From: a virus
Reading direction: 5' to 3' (one strand)
DNA length: 64,000 nucleotides
Virus record (IMG/VR): IMGVR_UViG_3300035698_013362
Location: 18,919 to 82,918 of that record
Shown here: positions 17,239-27,144 of the stretch, piece by piece
Position numbering within the stretch: the stretch's first letter is position 1
Layout: each line of letters begins with the position of its first letter
Notes under the pieces: model-generated
Database searches by the model: none
Told to the model about the DNA's origin: nothing
The model's input: the letters and a program-made list of their open reading frames with translations, nothing else
Translations under genes and position numbers: made by a program

Positions 17239-19338
17239 TTAGTTGTGGACGTAGCTAATTGTTGGACTTGGGGCTGTTCCAGCAAATCCTGGGGTATAAC
17301 CATTCTGAGGAGCAATTTCACTACTATCAGTAACATAGAAGAAAGAACCAGAGGCTGGTATATCATGAAGAATTTCCCAATCAGTAGATCCATCATAAGC
17401 AATGTCATTGAATGGGGCTGAATCTTTAGTCCATTTAGGTCTAGAGTTCAATGTTCCATTAAGGTCATATGTTCCATCAGCATCAGGAGTGTTTGTTGCA
17501 CCAGCTACGATCAATTGATCAGGGATAGCAAGCTCATATGCGCCTGAAGCGATTGAACCAAATACTTGGAATGGATCTTCATAAAAGCTTTCGATGGTAC
17601 AATATACTCCACTTGGAATCGAACCTATAATATTAAACTCAGGTTCACCAGGGGCAGGATCTCCAGGGGCAACAGGTGGATGAAATGGCATATTGATTGT
17701 AATGTTCCAACCTTTAGCTATCAATGAGTTGACAGCTCCTACTGCTTCTGGATCAGTTACGCTTGGCATTCCATCTTCAGCATCAAGGGTTCCGTTAAGG
17801 TTACCAGCTTCATGAAGAACAATAGCACAAAGTTCAAGATCAGCTTGAGTCAAATCAGTGTTCTGAATATCAATATCAGTTAACGAAGTACCTGCATTAA
17901 ATGAACCAGAGGCAGGCATTCCATTGTATTTAATACCGAAGTCAGTATCAGGAACATCACTAAGTAAACCAGCAAAACCTGTTGTAGCATGAGCATCAAT
18001 CGTTACATTATCTTTGAATGAATCCATGATGAGATAAATTATACCAGGGGCAGCTAAAGTGATTACTGGATGAGAAGTGTATTCGAATGTTCCATCAGGT
18101 TTAGCCCATTTGATTCCAGTTCCACCAAACACTTCGAAGTCCATTGTTCCTGCATTCATACGAATAGGGAATATTGGTCTTTGTTCAAGTGTATAGTCTT
18201 TAGATATCTTAGTTCCATTAGTAGGAAGAGTAGGGAAGTCAGTGCTAAATATATCTGGAGTATCGGTCGTATTAAGATCGTAAATGTAAATTGCTTCTTC
18301 ACGATCGGAGCCAACAACTAGGTCATTTCCTTTAACTGAAATACTATTACCAAATGATCCTCTACCATCAGTTGATTCAGGAATAAAGGCTTGGCAAAGC
18401 GGGTTTTCAATAAGTTTAGAGACACCATCAATAGTATCAAACACATAAAGAGTAGGGGTTCCTGTTGTCGAATCAAGGAACACATCTTTATCCATTTCCA
18501 TGAGAACAATACCTTCAGTTACGCCTGTAATGCTAGAGCGAGATGAAGGAACTAAACATTCATATGCTAGGAATAAGCCATCATCACTATATTCGATAGA
18601 CCAGATACGTCCTATCTTTTCTTCAGGGATCCCATTAATAGTGATTATACGAGATTCAACTGGATGGTAAGATAATCCAGTCAAATCATTTACTGTAGAC
18701 GTTTCTTGTACAGCGCTAAAGTCCACTGAGTGTGTTGTAGGCGTAACGTTTGATTCATCTGCAATGTTAAATCGGTATGTATTGAAAACACCTTCAGCGT
18801 ACGTAATAGTGTAAAATACATTGTTGTAGATAATTGAATCCACAAAACTATAAAGTGAAGTAACTGTGTGCTTAGAAAGAACTCCGATATCAATGAATTC
18901 TTCATCATAAATGTTTAAGATGGTTCCTTTGATTTCAAAGAGAACAGAAATCCAATCCGAATCAGATAATCCAAATGCTACTCCATAGTTGTCATACACT
19001 TCTAGATGGTAACATTGGCCATTGAAAATCTTACGTAGATCTTCATCACTTACATTAGCCTGATATTGACGTCCGGTACTATCGATATCAGCACCTACAG
19101 CAGTAACCTTAAACCCGAATGGATCATTCTTTTTACGTAAAAGAATTTTACCAGGTTTATTCTTAGAAGTCTGTAATCTGAACTCATCAGTTCCTTCTTC
19201 AGTGTAAGGCTCTTTATATAGCATCCACTGATTTTCTAAGAAGTCAACAGAATAGGAATCTATTACGCATCCTTCAAGTGATTCGATCCATTCTCTGTTA
19301 TGTGTAAGTTTATATTTTTCGTGATTAGTCAGTGACAT
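17239..19338 (-). CDS. baseplate-associated structural protein (gp7-like middle portion with FG-GAP and appended domains)
   Basis: SFGNSISVKGNDLVVG FG-GAP repeat; start overlaps the upstream gene; baseplate operon. Confidence 0.6.
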   Translation of the reverse strand: MSLTNHEKYKLTHNREWIESLEGCVIDSYSVDFLENQWMLYKEPYTEEGTDEFRLQTSKNKPGKILLRKKNDPFGFKVTAVGADIDSTGRQYQANVSDEDLRKIFNGQCYHLEVYDNYGVAFGLSDSDWISVLFEIKGTILNIYDEEFIDIGVLSKHTVTSLYSFVDSIIYNNVFYTITYAEGVFNTYRFNIADESNVTPTTHSVDFSAVQETSTVNDLTGLSYHPVESRIITINGIPEEKIGRIWSIEYSDDGLFLAYECLVPSSRSSITGVTEGIVLMEMDKDVFLDSTTGTPTLYVFDTIDGVSKLIENPLCQAFIPESTDGRGSFGNSISVKGNDLVVGSDREEAIYIYDLNTTDTPDIFSTDFPTLPTNGTKISKDYTLEQRPIFPIRMNAGTMDFEVFGGTGIKWAKPDGTFEYTSHPVITLAAPGIIYLIMDSFKDNVTIDAHATTGFAGLLSDVPDTDFGIKYNGMPASGSFNAGTSLTDIDIQNTDLTQADLELCAIVLHEAGNLNGTLDAEDGMPSVTDPEAVGAVNSLIAKGWNITINMPFHPPVAPGDPAPGEPEFNIIGSIPSGVYCTIESFYEDPFQVFGSIASGAYELAIPDQLIVAGATNTPDADGTYDLNGTLNSRPKWTKDSAPFNDIAYDGSTDWEILHDIPASGSFFYVTDSSEIAPQNGYTPGFAGTAPSPTISYVHN

Positions 19339-21211
19339 ATTCGTAATATCCAGTTAAAGCATTAAAGGCACCATTAAGGGAACCGGTTGGAACAGTATTA
19401 TAGATGTTCAATAAGTCACCAAGGGCTAGCATATTGAATGATCCATCTATAGCAGCATTTTTGTTTTGTTCACCTCTTGAATCAAGGTTATCTTCTGCTT
19501 CATGGTAGCTTCCATAAGACATATATTCTTTAGCATAGTCTCTCCATGAATCAATGATCATTCCTTTTACAGAAGTATCATCTGGATTATATTTATATCC
19601 CTGATCGCCAGACACATCAACGATTCCATTATACTTTGTTCCTAATTCACGACTTGTTTCGAGAGTATATTGAATGAGACGTGGGAATGTACGATAAGTC
19701 TTTTCAATAAGGTTCCAAAGGAATGGAGTAGGTGCAATAGTTGGATAATCTTGAGATTTAGCATTTACCCATGGTGCTTGTGAGTATTCACCAGTTGTCC
19801 CCATGTATTTTTGTTGCATTTCAAGTAGTTCATCTGATGATACATAATCCGTAGCTGGGAAGTCTGTCCAGAAGGAAGGGCTATGAGTATCATAAATCTT
19901 GTCTAAGAACTGCATAAGGACATCAAGATTATCATCATCGTTAATAATACCTAAACGTCTGAACAATGCAAGAATATCTTCACTACCTTCTTCTGAGATA
20001 TTACCTTCCCAAAAGCGTTCGTTTCCTGGATTTCTTGCAGGTTCAGAAGTTGTTACAGTTTCATATCCGATAGTACGTAAAACAGGTGGAAGATATTCGA
20101 TTTGTCCTGAAGCATTAAGATAAGGCTCTGCATACATTTCAGTAATAGGAACTTCATTTGTCTTATATGGAATAGAGCTTGGGGCAATATTCATATACTC
20201 AGTGTTGTCATAATATTCAACAACTTCAACTTCAAGGAGGGATCCAAGATCTCCAATGTTCTTAAGGAATTTAGTCCATGATCTAAATGGGTCGTTATTG
20301 ATACCCATTGAAAGTATTTCAGACTCAGATTTAGTTGGAACAAAGAATCCAAACTCTTCAATATTAGAGTATTCACGAATAACGTATTCAGTGAGCATCT
20401 TTTCAATTATCTTCTGTGATCCAAGGATTGAGTTCTTCTGTGTAATAGATTTAAGTGTTTCTCGTAAGAAGAGAATCTTAATGCAATAGTTACGACAGAA
20501 TTTAGCAGCAACATCAAGCATATCACCAGTATTAAGGAGTTCATAATGAGCATGATCATCTAATCGATCAATCGTTCCATCTCGTACTCTGGCTACATAA
20601 GTGTAATCAGATCCTAAATATTCTTCAGGAACAACTAATTCAATAATGCCAATATGTTCAATACCTTCATCTGAGGTAGGATCAAAAAGCATATTGATCA
20701 ATACTTCTTTAAATGAAGTATCAACTAATTGGTCAAGATACCCTGCGTTGATTTCAGAATCAGTGGCATTATCACCGAATACTTCTTCTACATCTGTTAA
20801 AGAGTGTCGTCCATACAATACAAATTCTCTATTGACTGAATATGTATCAATAAGGGATTCGAGTTGGTCACTCCAAGGGATATCGAATAACGAAAGATTC
20901 TCAACATTAAGGAGAATCGCAATATTCTTTAGATCAGTTAACGTACACAGATCAATGTCTGCAACGTTCTCCATCATGTTAGCTACACCTTCATATATAA
21001 CTTTGATTATAGAAGTTTCACCATCTTCGGAGTTTGCTGCTGTATCAAAGAACTCCCAAAGGTTGTCTTGATCTTTAAAGTAATCATTTACAATAAGTTC
21101 TTTAAGATTATCGACAAATGCGAAGTCACCGTTCTTACGAGCAACTGAATTAATCTTAAGCTTTTGAATCTCATCATATTGATTTACTAAGGTATTGGAA
21201 ATCTTACTCAT
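19325..21211 (-). CDS. baseplate wedge protein (gp7-like N-terminal portion, putative)
   Basis: Directly follows gp6; acidic 628 aa. Confidence 0.55.
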   Translation of the reverse strand: MSKISNTLVNQYDEIQKLKINSVARKNGDFAFVDNLKELIVNDYFKDQDNLWEFFDTAANSEDGETSIIKVIYEGVANMMENVADIDLCTLTDLKNIAILLNVENLSLFDIPWSDQLESLIDTYSVNREFVLYGRHSLTDVEEVFGDNATDSEINAGYLDQLVDTSFKEVLINMLFDPTSDEGIEHIGIIELVVPEEYLGSDYTYVARVRDGTIDRLDDHAHYELLNTGDMLDVAAKFCRNYCIKILFLRETLKSITQKNSILGSQKIIEKMLTEYVIREYSNIEEFGFFVPTKSESEILSMGINNDPFRSWTKFLKNIGDLGSLLEVEVVEYYDNTEYMNIAPSSIPYKTNEVPITEMYAEPYLNASGQIEYLPPVLRTIGYETVTTSEPARNPGNERFWEGNISEEGSEDILALFRRLGIINDDDNLDVLMQFLDKIYDTHSPSFWTDFPATDYVSSDELLEMQQKYMGTTGEYSQAPWVNAKSQDYPTIAPTPFLWNLIEKTYRTFPRLIQYTLETSRELGTKYNGIVDVSGDQGYKYNPDDTSVKGMIIDSWRDYAKEYMSYGSYHEAEDNLDSRGEQNKNAAIDGSFNMLALGDLLNIYNTVPTGSLNGAFNALTGYYEYVTD

Positions 21212-23073
21212 TAATATTCAACTCCGCCGGAACTGTAATTAGAATCTACGATTTCCAGTTTATCTATAATACTATCAATATTATAGAATACTGGGAACTG
21301 GAATGACTGTAGTTTTGAAGCACCTGTAAACGTTACAAAGTCGCTTCCATTAACAATTAGGTTTGTCCATCTTGCTAGTGATACACTATCTACTTTTACG
21401 TTGCCCTTGACGGTTTGAACTTTGGTTACTCCATTAAGAGCAAGCAATGAATTATATAGAGCAGAAGCGTCAACAACTTGTCCTAAGTTGTTGTTCTGAT
21501 AATTAAAATAGTCAGTGAATATATTTAATGCTTTAGAACGAATGTTTTCAATTGTAATTAAGGCATTAGGATCGCGTTCAATACGAATTACTGTATCATC
21601 TACATCAGGCCATGAGGCGTTGATATCAATATCGACTGGGGTATCACCTACATAAGGCCAGATTTGAGTTTTAATAGAATCAAGAAATACAACTTCAGAC
21701 GTAAGGCATTTAATAGGCTTCATGTTGTCATCCATACGATTCTTAACGAATTTAGAAACGTTGTTTGAACTTGAGTTAGCCTGTAACCAAAGGTATACGT
21801 TATTGAAGTCACATGAATCAGCAAATTTGTATCCAAATGATGCAATCTGTGGAACTAGTACATTATTGTCATATAACCACTTATGGAAGCTAGCCATATA
21901 GTCCCAGTTGTTCATTACATTGACATCATGAACGGAATCTGAGAAATACTGCACAATATAGTTACTAAAATCGTTAGCACTAAGCAAACGACCACCGCTA
22001 CGGAAATACGCAGGAGCATTTTCTTTAATTTCATCTACTGTCTCCATTACTATGTATGAAGTACTTGCTTGATCGATAGTTGCAATAATACTTCCACCTT
22101 CTGTATTATCAGAATCAAACGCATCTTCATTTACAATATAAGATTGATCATTAACATCAATACCAAGGATGTCTTTTACAGCGTCTGGGGTACCCATACC
22201 TTCAACAAAGAAGCTAAGGTTGGATTTCTGTGGAATGTTGATAAGTTCTTTACCAATAACCCCATCTGATCCATTAGACTTTAGGTAAATGAATTTAAGA
22301 GAAACATTAGCTGGAAGAATAGCGCCTGATACACCATCTCCAAATCTAATGCTGAGTTCTTTATCTTCATTTACTCGAACTTCAAATACCTTATCAGTAG
22401 GACCATAATCAAATAAGTTACGGACTGCTTTGAATTCATACCACGATCCACCGTATTTGTAATAAGCAAATAGTTTAAGGTCAGAAACAGGATTATCTTC
22501 CTGGTTGATAGTCATTTCGAATGTTTCGTTTGAAGTACCTGAAGTATTGAACTCACTGTCATACTTAGTCCAAACACCGTTATAGAATAGCATTGAGTCT
22601 TCATATGTAAAGGTAAGATCATTTGCGTTATATAGAAGAGTGTAATCTTCTGCTAAAGCATAATAGATGTTATTACCATTAGAATCGATTGATTTACCAG
22701 TAGGTGGTTGGAATCTAATGAATTTAGAAAATATCTTAGTTGAGTTAGATGCACCAGTAATAGGATCAGCACCTTCTCCAATATCAAATGTAGTTGTTGA
22801 AGTTACTGCTGAAATAGGTCCACGTGGATTATATGCAAGTTTCTTAACGAGCTTATTAATAGCTTCATAGATTGTAGTGTCACCAAATGAGGCTTGGGTC
22901 GCTTCATTGTTAGTGATATATGTCATGTTCTCGAACATCAATGAAAGAGTTTCAAGGATGATGCTCAAGTTAGAACCTTCAAACAATTGGTCAGAATACT
23001 TTTCTGAGTTCTGAATGTTAAGTTTAAGAGTTGTTAAGATCGATTCTGCATCGAATTTTAAATAGTTAGCCAT
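21211..23073 (-). CDS. gp6: baseplate wedge subunit gp6
   Basis: FEGSNLS, LAYNPRG, IRFGDGVSG, YLKSNG..G, ETVDEIKENAP..F..GGRL....DF. Confidence 0.92.
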   Translation of the reverse strand: MANYLKFDAESILTTLKLNIQNSEKYSDQLFEGSNLSIILETLSLMFENMTYITNNEATQASFGDTTIYEAINKLVKKLAYNPRGPISAVTSTTTFDIGEGADPITGASNSTKIFSKFIRFQPPTGKSIDSNGNNIYYALAEDYTLLYNANDLTFTYEDSMLFYNGVWTKYDSEFNTSGTSNETFEMTINQEDNPVSDLKLFAYYKYGGSWYEFKAVRNLFDYGPTDKVFEVRVNEDKELSIRFGDGVSGAILPANVSLKFIYLKSNGSDGVIGKELINIPQKSNLSFFVEGMGTPDAVKDILGIDVNDQSYIVNEDAFDSDNTEGGSIIATIDQASTSYIVMETVDEIKENAPAYFRSGGRLLSANDFSNYIVQYFSDSVHDVNVMNNWDYMASFHKWLYDNNVLVPQIASFGYKFADSCDFNNVYLWLQANSSSNNVSKFVKNRMDDNMKPIKCLTSEVVFLDSIKTQIWPYVGDTPVDIDINASWPDVDDTVIRIERDPNALITIENIRSKALNIFTDYFNYQNNNLGQVVDASALYNSLLALNGVTKVQTVKGNVKVDSVSLARWTNLIVNGSDFVTFTGASKLQSFQFPVFYNIDSIIDKLEIVDSNYSSGGVEY

Positions 23074-23074
23074 A

Positions 23075-23512
23075 TTATCCGTTTCCGTTTCCGTTTAAAG
23101 CATATTGCATTTCATATTCATCTGTACCTAGAAGAGGAATGCTGTATCGTACAATTATGTCGTACTGGTTCTTAGAATGTCTTGGGGTGATATCAACTGT
23201 AATTAAGGCAATACGTGGTTCCCACTTCTCAATTCCTTCTCTTATTCTATCACCAATGGACATTGCTGTCGCTGTATTGATTGGCTCATAGATGAACGTT
23301 TCAATATCAAGACCGTAGTCCATATTATATTGACGTTCACCCTTTTTGAATCTAATAAGATTTACAAGGGAATTGTTTACTGCAGCAATATCATAATAAG
23401 AAGAGATATCACGTTTAACTGGATCAAGTTCCAAATTCTCGTTGATGTCCCTATAGATCCAGCGACGTGCTGAATCATCTGATATTGCAATATCTATGGA
23501 AATATTGGCCAT
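23075..23512 (-). CDS. gp25: baseplate wedge subunit gp25
   Basis: AVNNSLVNL....KGER....YG...FIYEP...IEKWEPRI. Confidence 0.92.
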   Translation of the reverse strand: MANISIDIAISDDSARRWIYRDINENLELDPVKRDISSYYDIAAVNNSLVNLIRFKKGERQYNMDYGLDIETFIYEPINTATAMSIGDRIREGIEKWEPRIALITVDITPRHSKNQYDIIVRYSIPLLGTDEYEMQYALNGNGNG

Positions 23513-23531
23513 TTATACCTTTATAAGTTAT

Positions 23532-23804
23532 TTATACAGAAAAGGTTTTGATTGATGCAGTTGAGACAGTATCTCCACAAGAAAGTGAGTCTCCTAAGAG
23601 AACCCATCCTTTTGCATCACAAAACGTTTTAGTTGACGCTTTAATTGCCGTCAATGGATATGGGTGAGGGACATGTGGCGCCCAGGAGTCTCCCAGGCGA
23701 TTAGCACCAAGACCATCTGCAAATGTCTTCACTGACCCCTGTATAGCTATGCTAGGCAATACCGTAGGGGTTGATAGGTCTGTAACACGAGCAACACCTT
23801 TCAT
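23532..23804 (-). CDS. gp5.4: PAAR-like spike tip gp5.4
   Basis: VARVTD, GS.KTF.DG....RLGD, H.PH, GDSLSCGD. Confidence 0.88.
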   Translation of the reverse strand: MKGVARVTDLSTPTVLPSIAIQGSVKTFADGLGANRLGDSWAPHVPHPYPLTAIKASTKTFCDAKGWVLLGDSLSCGDTVSTASIKTFSV

Positions 23805-25267
23805 TAGATGATTTCCTCGAGTGCTTTATTTGTTTCGTTTATATCTAATTCGATATACTTAAAATTGTCTGATAACCATTTAGATCCTGGATTCTCTAAT
23901 ACAGTGTCTAGTGAATCAACTCGATCGAACACGGCCGAAGCATATTGAGAGCATACGTCAAGTGAATTACATTCAGGCACATTAACCCAATTATAATATC
24001 CTACTCCTACTTCGAAGTTAGTGATTCCGACCTCAATTAACTTTTCATTGATTTCCGCCAAATCAGTGTCTATAGTTATTATACCTTCAATTCCTAAATT
24101 ATTGATTGCAATTGATGCTGATTGATAGAAGGTTTCTTCACCTAGATATTTCTTACCAACTATAATAGGATCAAAGGACTTATTAGCTTTAATAGCTGTA
24201 ATAACGTTCTCTATTACTTCTTCTTTCCGGATATACTCCCCATTAGGTAAAGCATCAATGGTTTCATCCCAAATAGTATTCAGCTGAGATTCTAAGTCAA
24301 TTATGTACATATCAGTTTCGATTGGTTCTGCATCAGAACTGAAGTCATTAATTTTATTTAGAATATTAGGTGATTGAGTTTTAGTAAACTCTGACCACTG
24401 AAACTTTGGCATAGAAATATAGCCATTAAGACTTGAATTTGTTCCATTAGAGTCTACGATTTCTCCACCAACAAATTTATTAAGGCTTGATGTAGTTGTG
24501 AAGTTAAACCCAAAGTCAATTGTTCCTGCTGAACCGTTATCTAATGTGTATGCATCATTAGGGGCCGAAGATACATTCAATGACCAAGTTGATCCTACTC
24601 TTGAATAACGAGTTGTTGGGTTTCCTATAATTGGTTCACTATAAGTAGCGGTAGCTACTATTTTGTCATAGTAATTTGCTCCGCGATCATCTATCTCATC
24701 TAGCGGGCCACGATATAAATCAGTATATGTAATAATAAACTCGGCGTGATCAGCATCATATCTTCCATTAGCAGCCCAGTTGAACCAAATAGTTAAATCA
24801 ACTTGAACACTTCTAAAAGGCCAAGCTCGTAATTGGTCATCATTCTCTGTAATCTGAGAAAGCCTAATAATAATAGTATTTCCACCATCATCTGTTTCAA
24901 TTACAGAATCACCGTATGTCATTACATCATCTAACATATGATCAGTATGGGTATATGGAAATGATAATCCATTTACCATATATTCAGAAGGATCTTCTGG
25001 TTGCATTACAAAAGCGTCTTCAGCATTCTTCTCAGTAGCAAGAGGAAGCGATCCTACTTCAGATTTATTAACGGCAGAAAGCTTACCATTAATAGCAGCA
25101 AGCTTAGTTTCTAGATCAGCAACACAAGCAGATTTAAATGATTCTAAGGCTTCTTGATTTTCAAGAGGATAGTTAGATGGGTCAAAATTGTTATATAGGT
25201 CAATCTTTTCAGCTATTTCAGAAGCCGATTCTGGGAGCAAATTAGTCATATAGGTATTTATATTCAT
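23804..25267 (-). CDS. hypothetical virion protein
   Basis: ~487-aa ORF coupled to gp5.4; start uncertain. Confidence 0.65.
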   Translation of the reverse strand: MNINTYMTNLLPESASEIAEKIDLYNNFDPSNYPLENQEALESFKSACVADLETKLAAINGKLSAVNKSEVGSLPLATEKNAEDAFVMQPEDPSEYMVNGLSFPYTHTDHMLDDVMTYGDSVIETDDGGNTIIIRLSQITENDDQLRAWPFRSVQVDLTIWFNWAANGRYDADHAEFIITYTDLYRGPLDEIDDRGANYYDKIVATATYSEPIIGNPTTRYSRVGSTWSLNVSSAPNDAYTLDNGSAGTIDFGFNFTTTSSLNKFVGGEIVDSNGTNSSLNGYISMPKFQWSEFTKTQSPNILNKINDFSSDAEPIETDMYIIDLESQLNTIWDETIDALPNGEYIRKEEVIENVITAIKANKSFDPIIVGKKYLGEETFYQSASIAINNLGIEGIITIDTDLAEINEKLIEVGITNFEVGVGYYNWVNVPECNSLDVCSQYASAVFDRVDSLDTVLENPGSKWLSDNFKYIELDINETNKALEEII

Positions 25268-25281
25268 TTTTATGAAAGTTT

Positions 25282-25335
25282 CTATGTACAAATGATATCA
25301 CGTTGAGTATACTCTTCTCATACTTAACAACAACT
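25282..25335 (+). promoter_or_regulatory. early promoter TGTACA-N17-TATACT, 54-bp perfect repeat copy 1
   Basis: Identical to 40806-40859. Confidence 0.88.
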
Positions 25336-25344
25336 GGAGATACA

Positions 25345-25508
25345 ATGAAAACATTCACAATGCATATTAAAGAAACGGAACCCTCTCGATCTGCGATGCT
25401 AAATCTCCTTCTAAGAAAGCTTTAAATAAATATGCGGTCGATCAAGGTTGGGAAGTTCTGTTGATCGAAGAAAAAGGTAAAGAATTCAATTGCGCAGTGG
25501 CGGTATAA
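25345..25508 (+). pseudogene. small early gene with single-base frameshift near 25373
   Basis: GGAG SD and MKTFTMHIK; shifted frame NGTLSICDAKSPSKKALNKYAVDQGWEVLLIEE...AV* abuts the next gene. Confidence 0.55.
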
Positions 25509-25509
25509 A

Positions 25510-25731
25510 ATGGTTGAAGTAACAGATAACGCAATCGCAGTAAATCAACAAATCTTCGACGAATTGGTCGGACATCATGATGCACCTAAAGCAATGTGGA
25601 CTATGAACATTAATCGTCCATCTGAAATAATCAATCATATGGCTTATGATAAGTATAACGCTCAGATTGATGTAATGATCCGTGTATGTCGTAACCTCGG
25701 TATCGAACTTAAAATTAAGGAAATCAAATAA
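25510..25731 (+). CDS. hypothetical early protein
   Basis: Tightly packed in the early island. Confidence 0.65.
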   Translation: MVEVTDNAIAVNQQIFDELVGHHDAPKAMWTMNINRPSEIINHMAYDKYNAQIDVMIRVCRNLGIELKIKEIK

Positions 25732-26174
25732 TGCAGACTTTAATCGGAGCAATTGAGAAGTACAACCTGGAAGAAATCTCTTCATGTGCATCAATGGAAA
25801 TAGATGCTGTAGATTTCCTATTGCCTACAGATCTTAATATCTGGGCAGGTCGTGAAGTTCTTACAGCCAATGATTTCGCTGACTGGGTTGATCTTCATCA
25901 GGTTCACAGTGATGTCATGGAAGATATCAACGGAACACGTCCTAATTACATCCCTGAGACGCTCAGCGAGCTTCGTGAAGATGATGAATATATGACTAAT
26001 TATTTGTTAAATGAACTCAGAGAAAGTGAAGCATATGAACGCGAACAACGTCGAGAGGCAGCTGTTCATCGTAAAGAGAAAGAGAAAGCTATCCGTAAGC
26101 GCCGCTCTGATAACTTTGGTTCAATGATGTTCGGTGATAATCTACTGGAGGCCCTCGTTGCCAAAGCACGCTAA
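25731..26174 (+). CDS. hypothetical early protein
   Basis: AAGGA SD, coupled start. Confidence 0.7.
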   Translation: MQTLIGAIEKYNLEEISSCASMEIDAVDFLLPTDLNIWAGREVLTANDFADWVDLHQVHSDVMEDINGTRPNYIPETLSELREDDEYMTNYLLNELRESEAYEREQRREAAVHRKEKEKAIRKRRSDNFGSMMFGDNLLEALVAKAR

Positions 26175-26358
26175 AAGAAAAGGTGCTAAGCGGCGCAAAC
26201 AAGCTGCTTTCGCTGCCGAGCAACATTGTCATAGCTGTGAACAAAAAGATTCTACAGTTAAATTAAGAGTTAACCCATATGCCGCAGAAATTTGCGGTGA
26301 TAGTACTGAACACTATATCTGTGATGATTGTTATTACAGAATGGCCGAGGAAATATAA
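26158..26358 (+). CDS. small zinc-finger protein
   Basis: GGAGG and TTG start; CHSC...CDDC. Confidence 0.6.
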   Translation: MPKHAKRKGAKRRKQAAFAAEQHCHSCEQKDSTVKLRVNPYAAEICGDSTEHYICDDCYYRMAEEI

Positions 26359-26611
26359 TGAACAAAGGTTGTGAAAATTGTAGAAATTTGAAGATTGTAG
26401 AAGATCTTCAGCAACATGGTCCTGTCATGGAAACAGTGCCTAGGAGCCTAAAGAAGAACCCTCTCAGACGGACCTTGCTGAAGATAGTGTAACTATGTTT
26501 TACATTATTCGTAACGTCTATAACGATCTTCCGGCTAATAAAGATTGGCTCGATCCTAACCTTGAACAAATGATGCAAGATCTATTGAATAAACATTATG
26601 GCGTTCTATAA
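26358..26611 (+). pseudogene. small Cys-rich gene with frameshift and in-frame TAG (26441)
   Basis: MNKGCENCR, then a shifted frame FEDCRRSSATWSCHGNSA*EPKEE...HYGVL* ending at the next ATG. Confidence 0.45.
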
Positions 26612-26781
26612 TGAAATCTGATACACATGGATTAGGTATTTATGTAGATGCCATTGACACTCATGGAAATGAGGTCTTTGGTGAATTAACTGGAACCGGA
26701 GCTGGTAAATACACTGGCTTACTTCTTAAATCAGGCCACACTGTGGCAGTAATTAAATCAACAGTAGTTTACGGAGATTAA
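26611..26781 (+). CDS. hypothetical protein (56 aa)
   Basis: Coupled TAATG start; MKSDTHGLG...VVYGD. Confidence 0.55.
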   Translation: MKSDTHGLGIYVDAIDTHGNEVFGELTGTGAGKYTGLLLKSGHTVAVIKSTVVYGD

Positions 26782-27144
26782 ATGAAAAATTATAAATGGA
26801 TTAAAATGCCAGTGTACGAAGTACAATTTCGATTCAAAACAGGTGAACCAGTAAGGTATTGGTTCAAATCCTTTACAGTAAATGCAGATGGATCGCTTGA
26901 GTGGTCTCTTTGTCTTGACCCTAAATCAGCTATGGCGGCTAAAAGACTAGCTAATCCAGAAACAAATGAAGCTAACCTTAAAAGATACGAAGAGTATGTT
27001 AAGACTCATACTAAATCCATTGTTAAATTGGTTCCAGATGAAATCACTATGATTAGTCAGGAATACACTCAATATCTAGAAGTTTATATATCCCTAAAGG
27101 CTATTAAGGACAATAAGTTATCACAATTTATTTGTGATCGTTAA
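26782..27144 (+). CDS. hypothetical early protein
   Basis: GGAG SD; 120 aa. Confidence 0.7.
   Translation: MKNYKWIKMPVYEVQFRFKTGEPVRYWFKSFTVNADGSLEWSLCLDPKSAMAAKRLANPETNEANLKRYEEYVKTHTKSIVKLVPDEITMISQEYTQYLEVYISLKAIKDNKLSQFICDR

Noticed and set aside
11831-19338. TGACTAA recurring at several gene junctions as a recombination site
   Set aside because: Explained by common MTN/MTK starts and D-stop overlaps in AT-rich DNA; no recombinase nearby.
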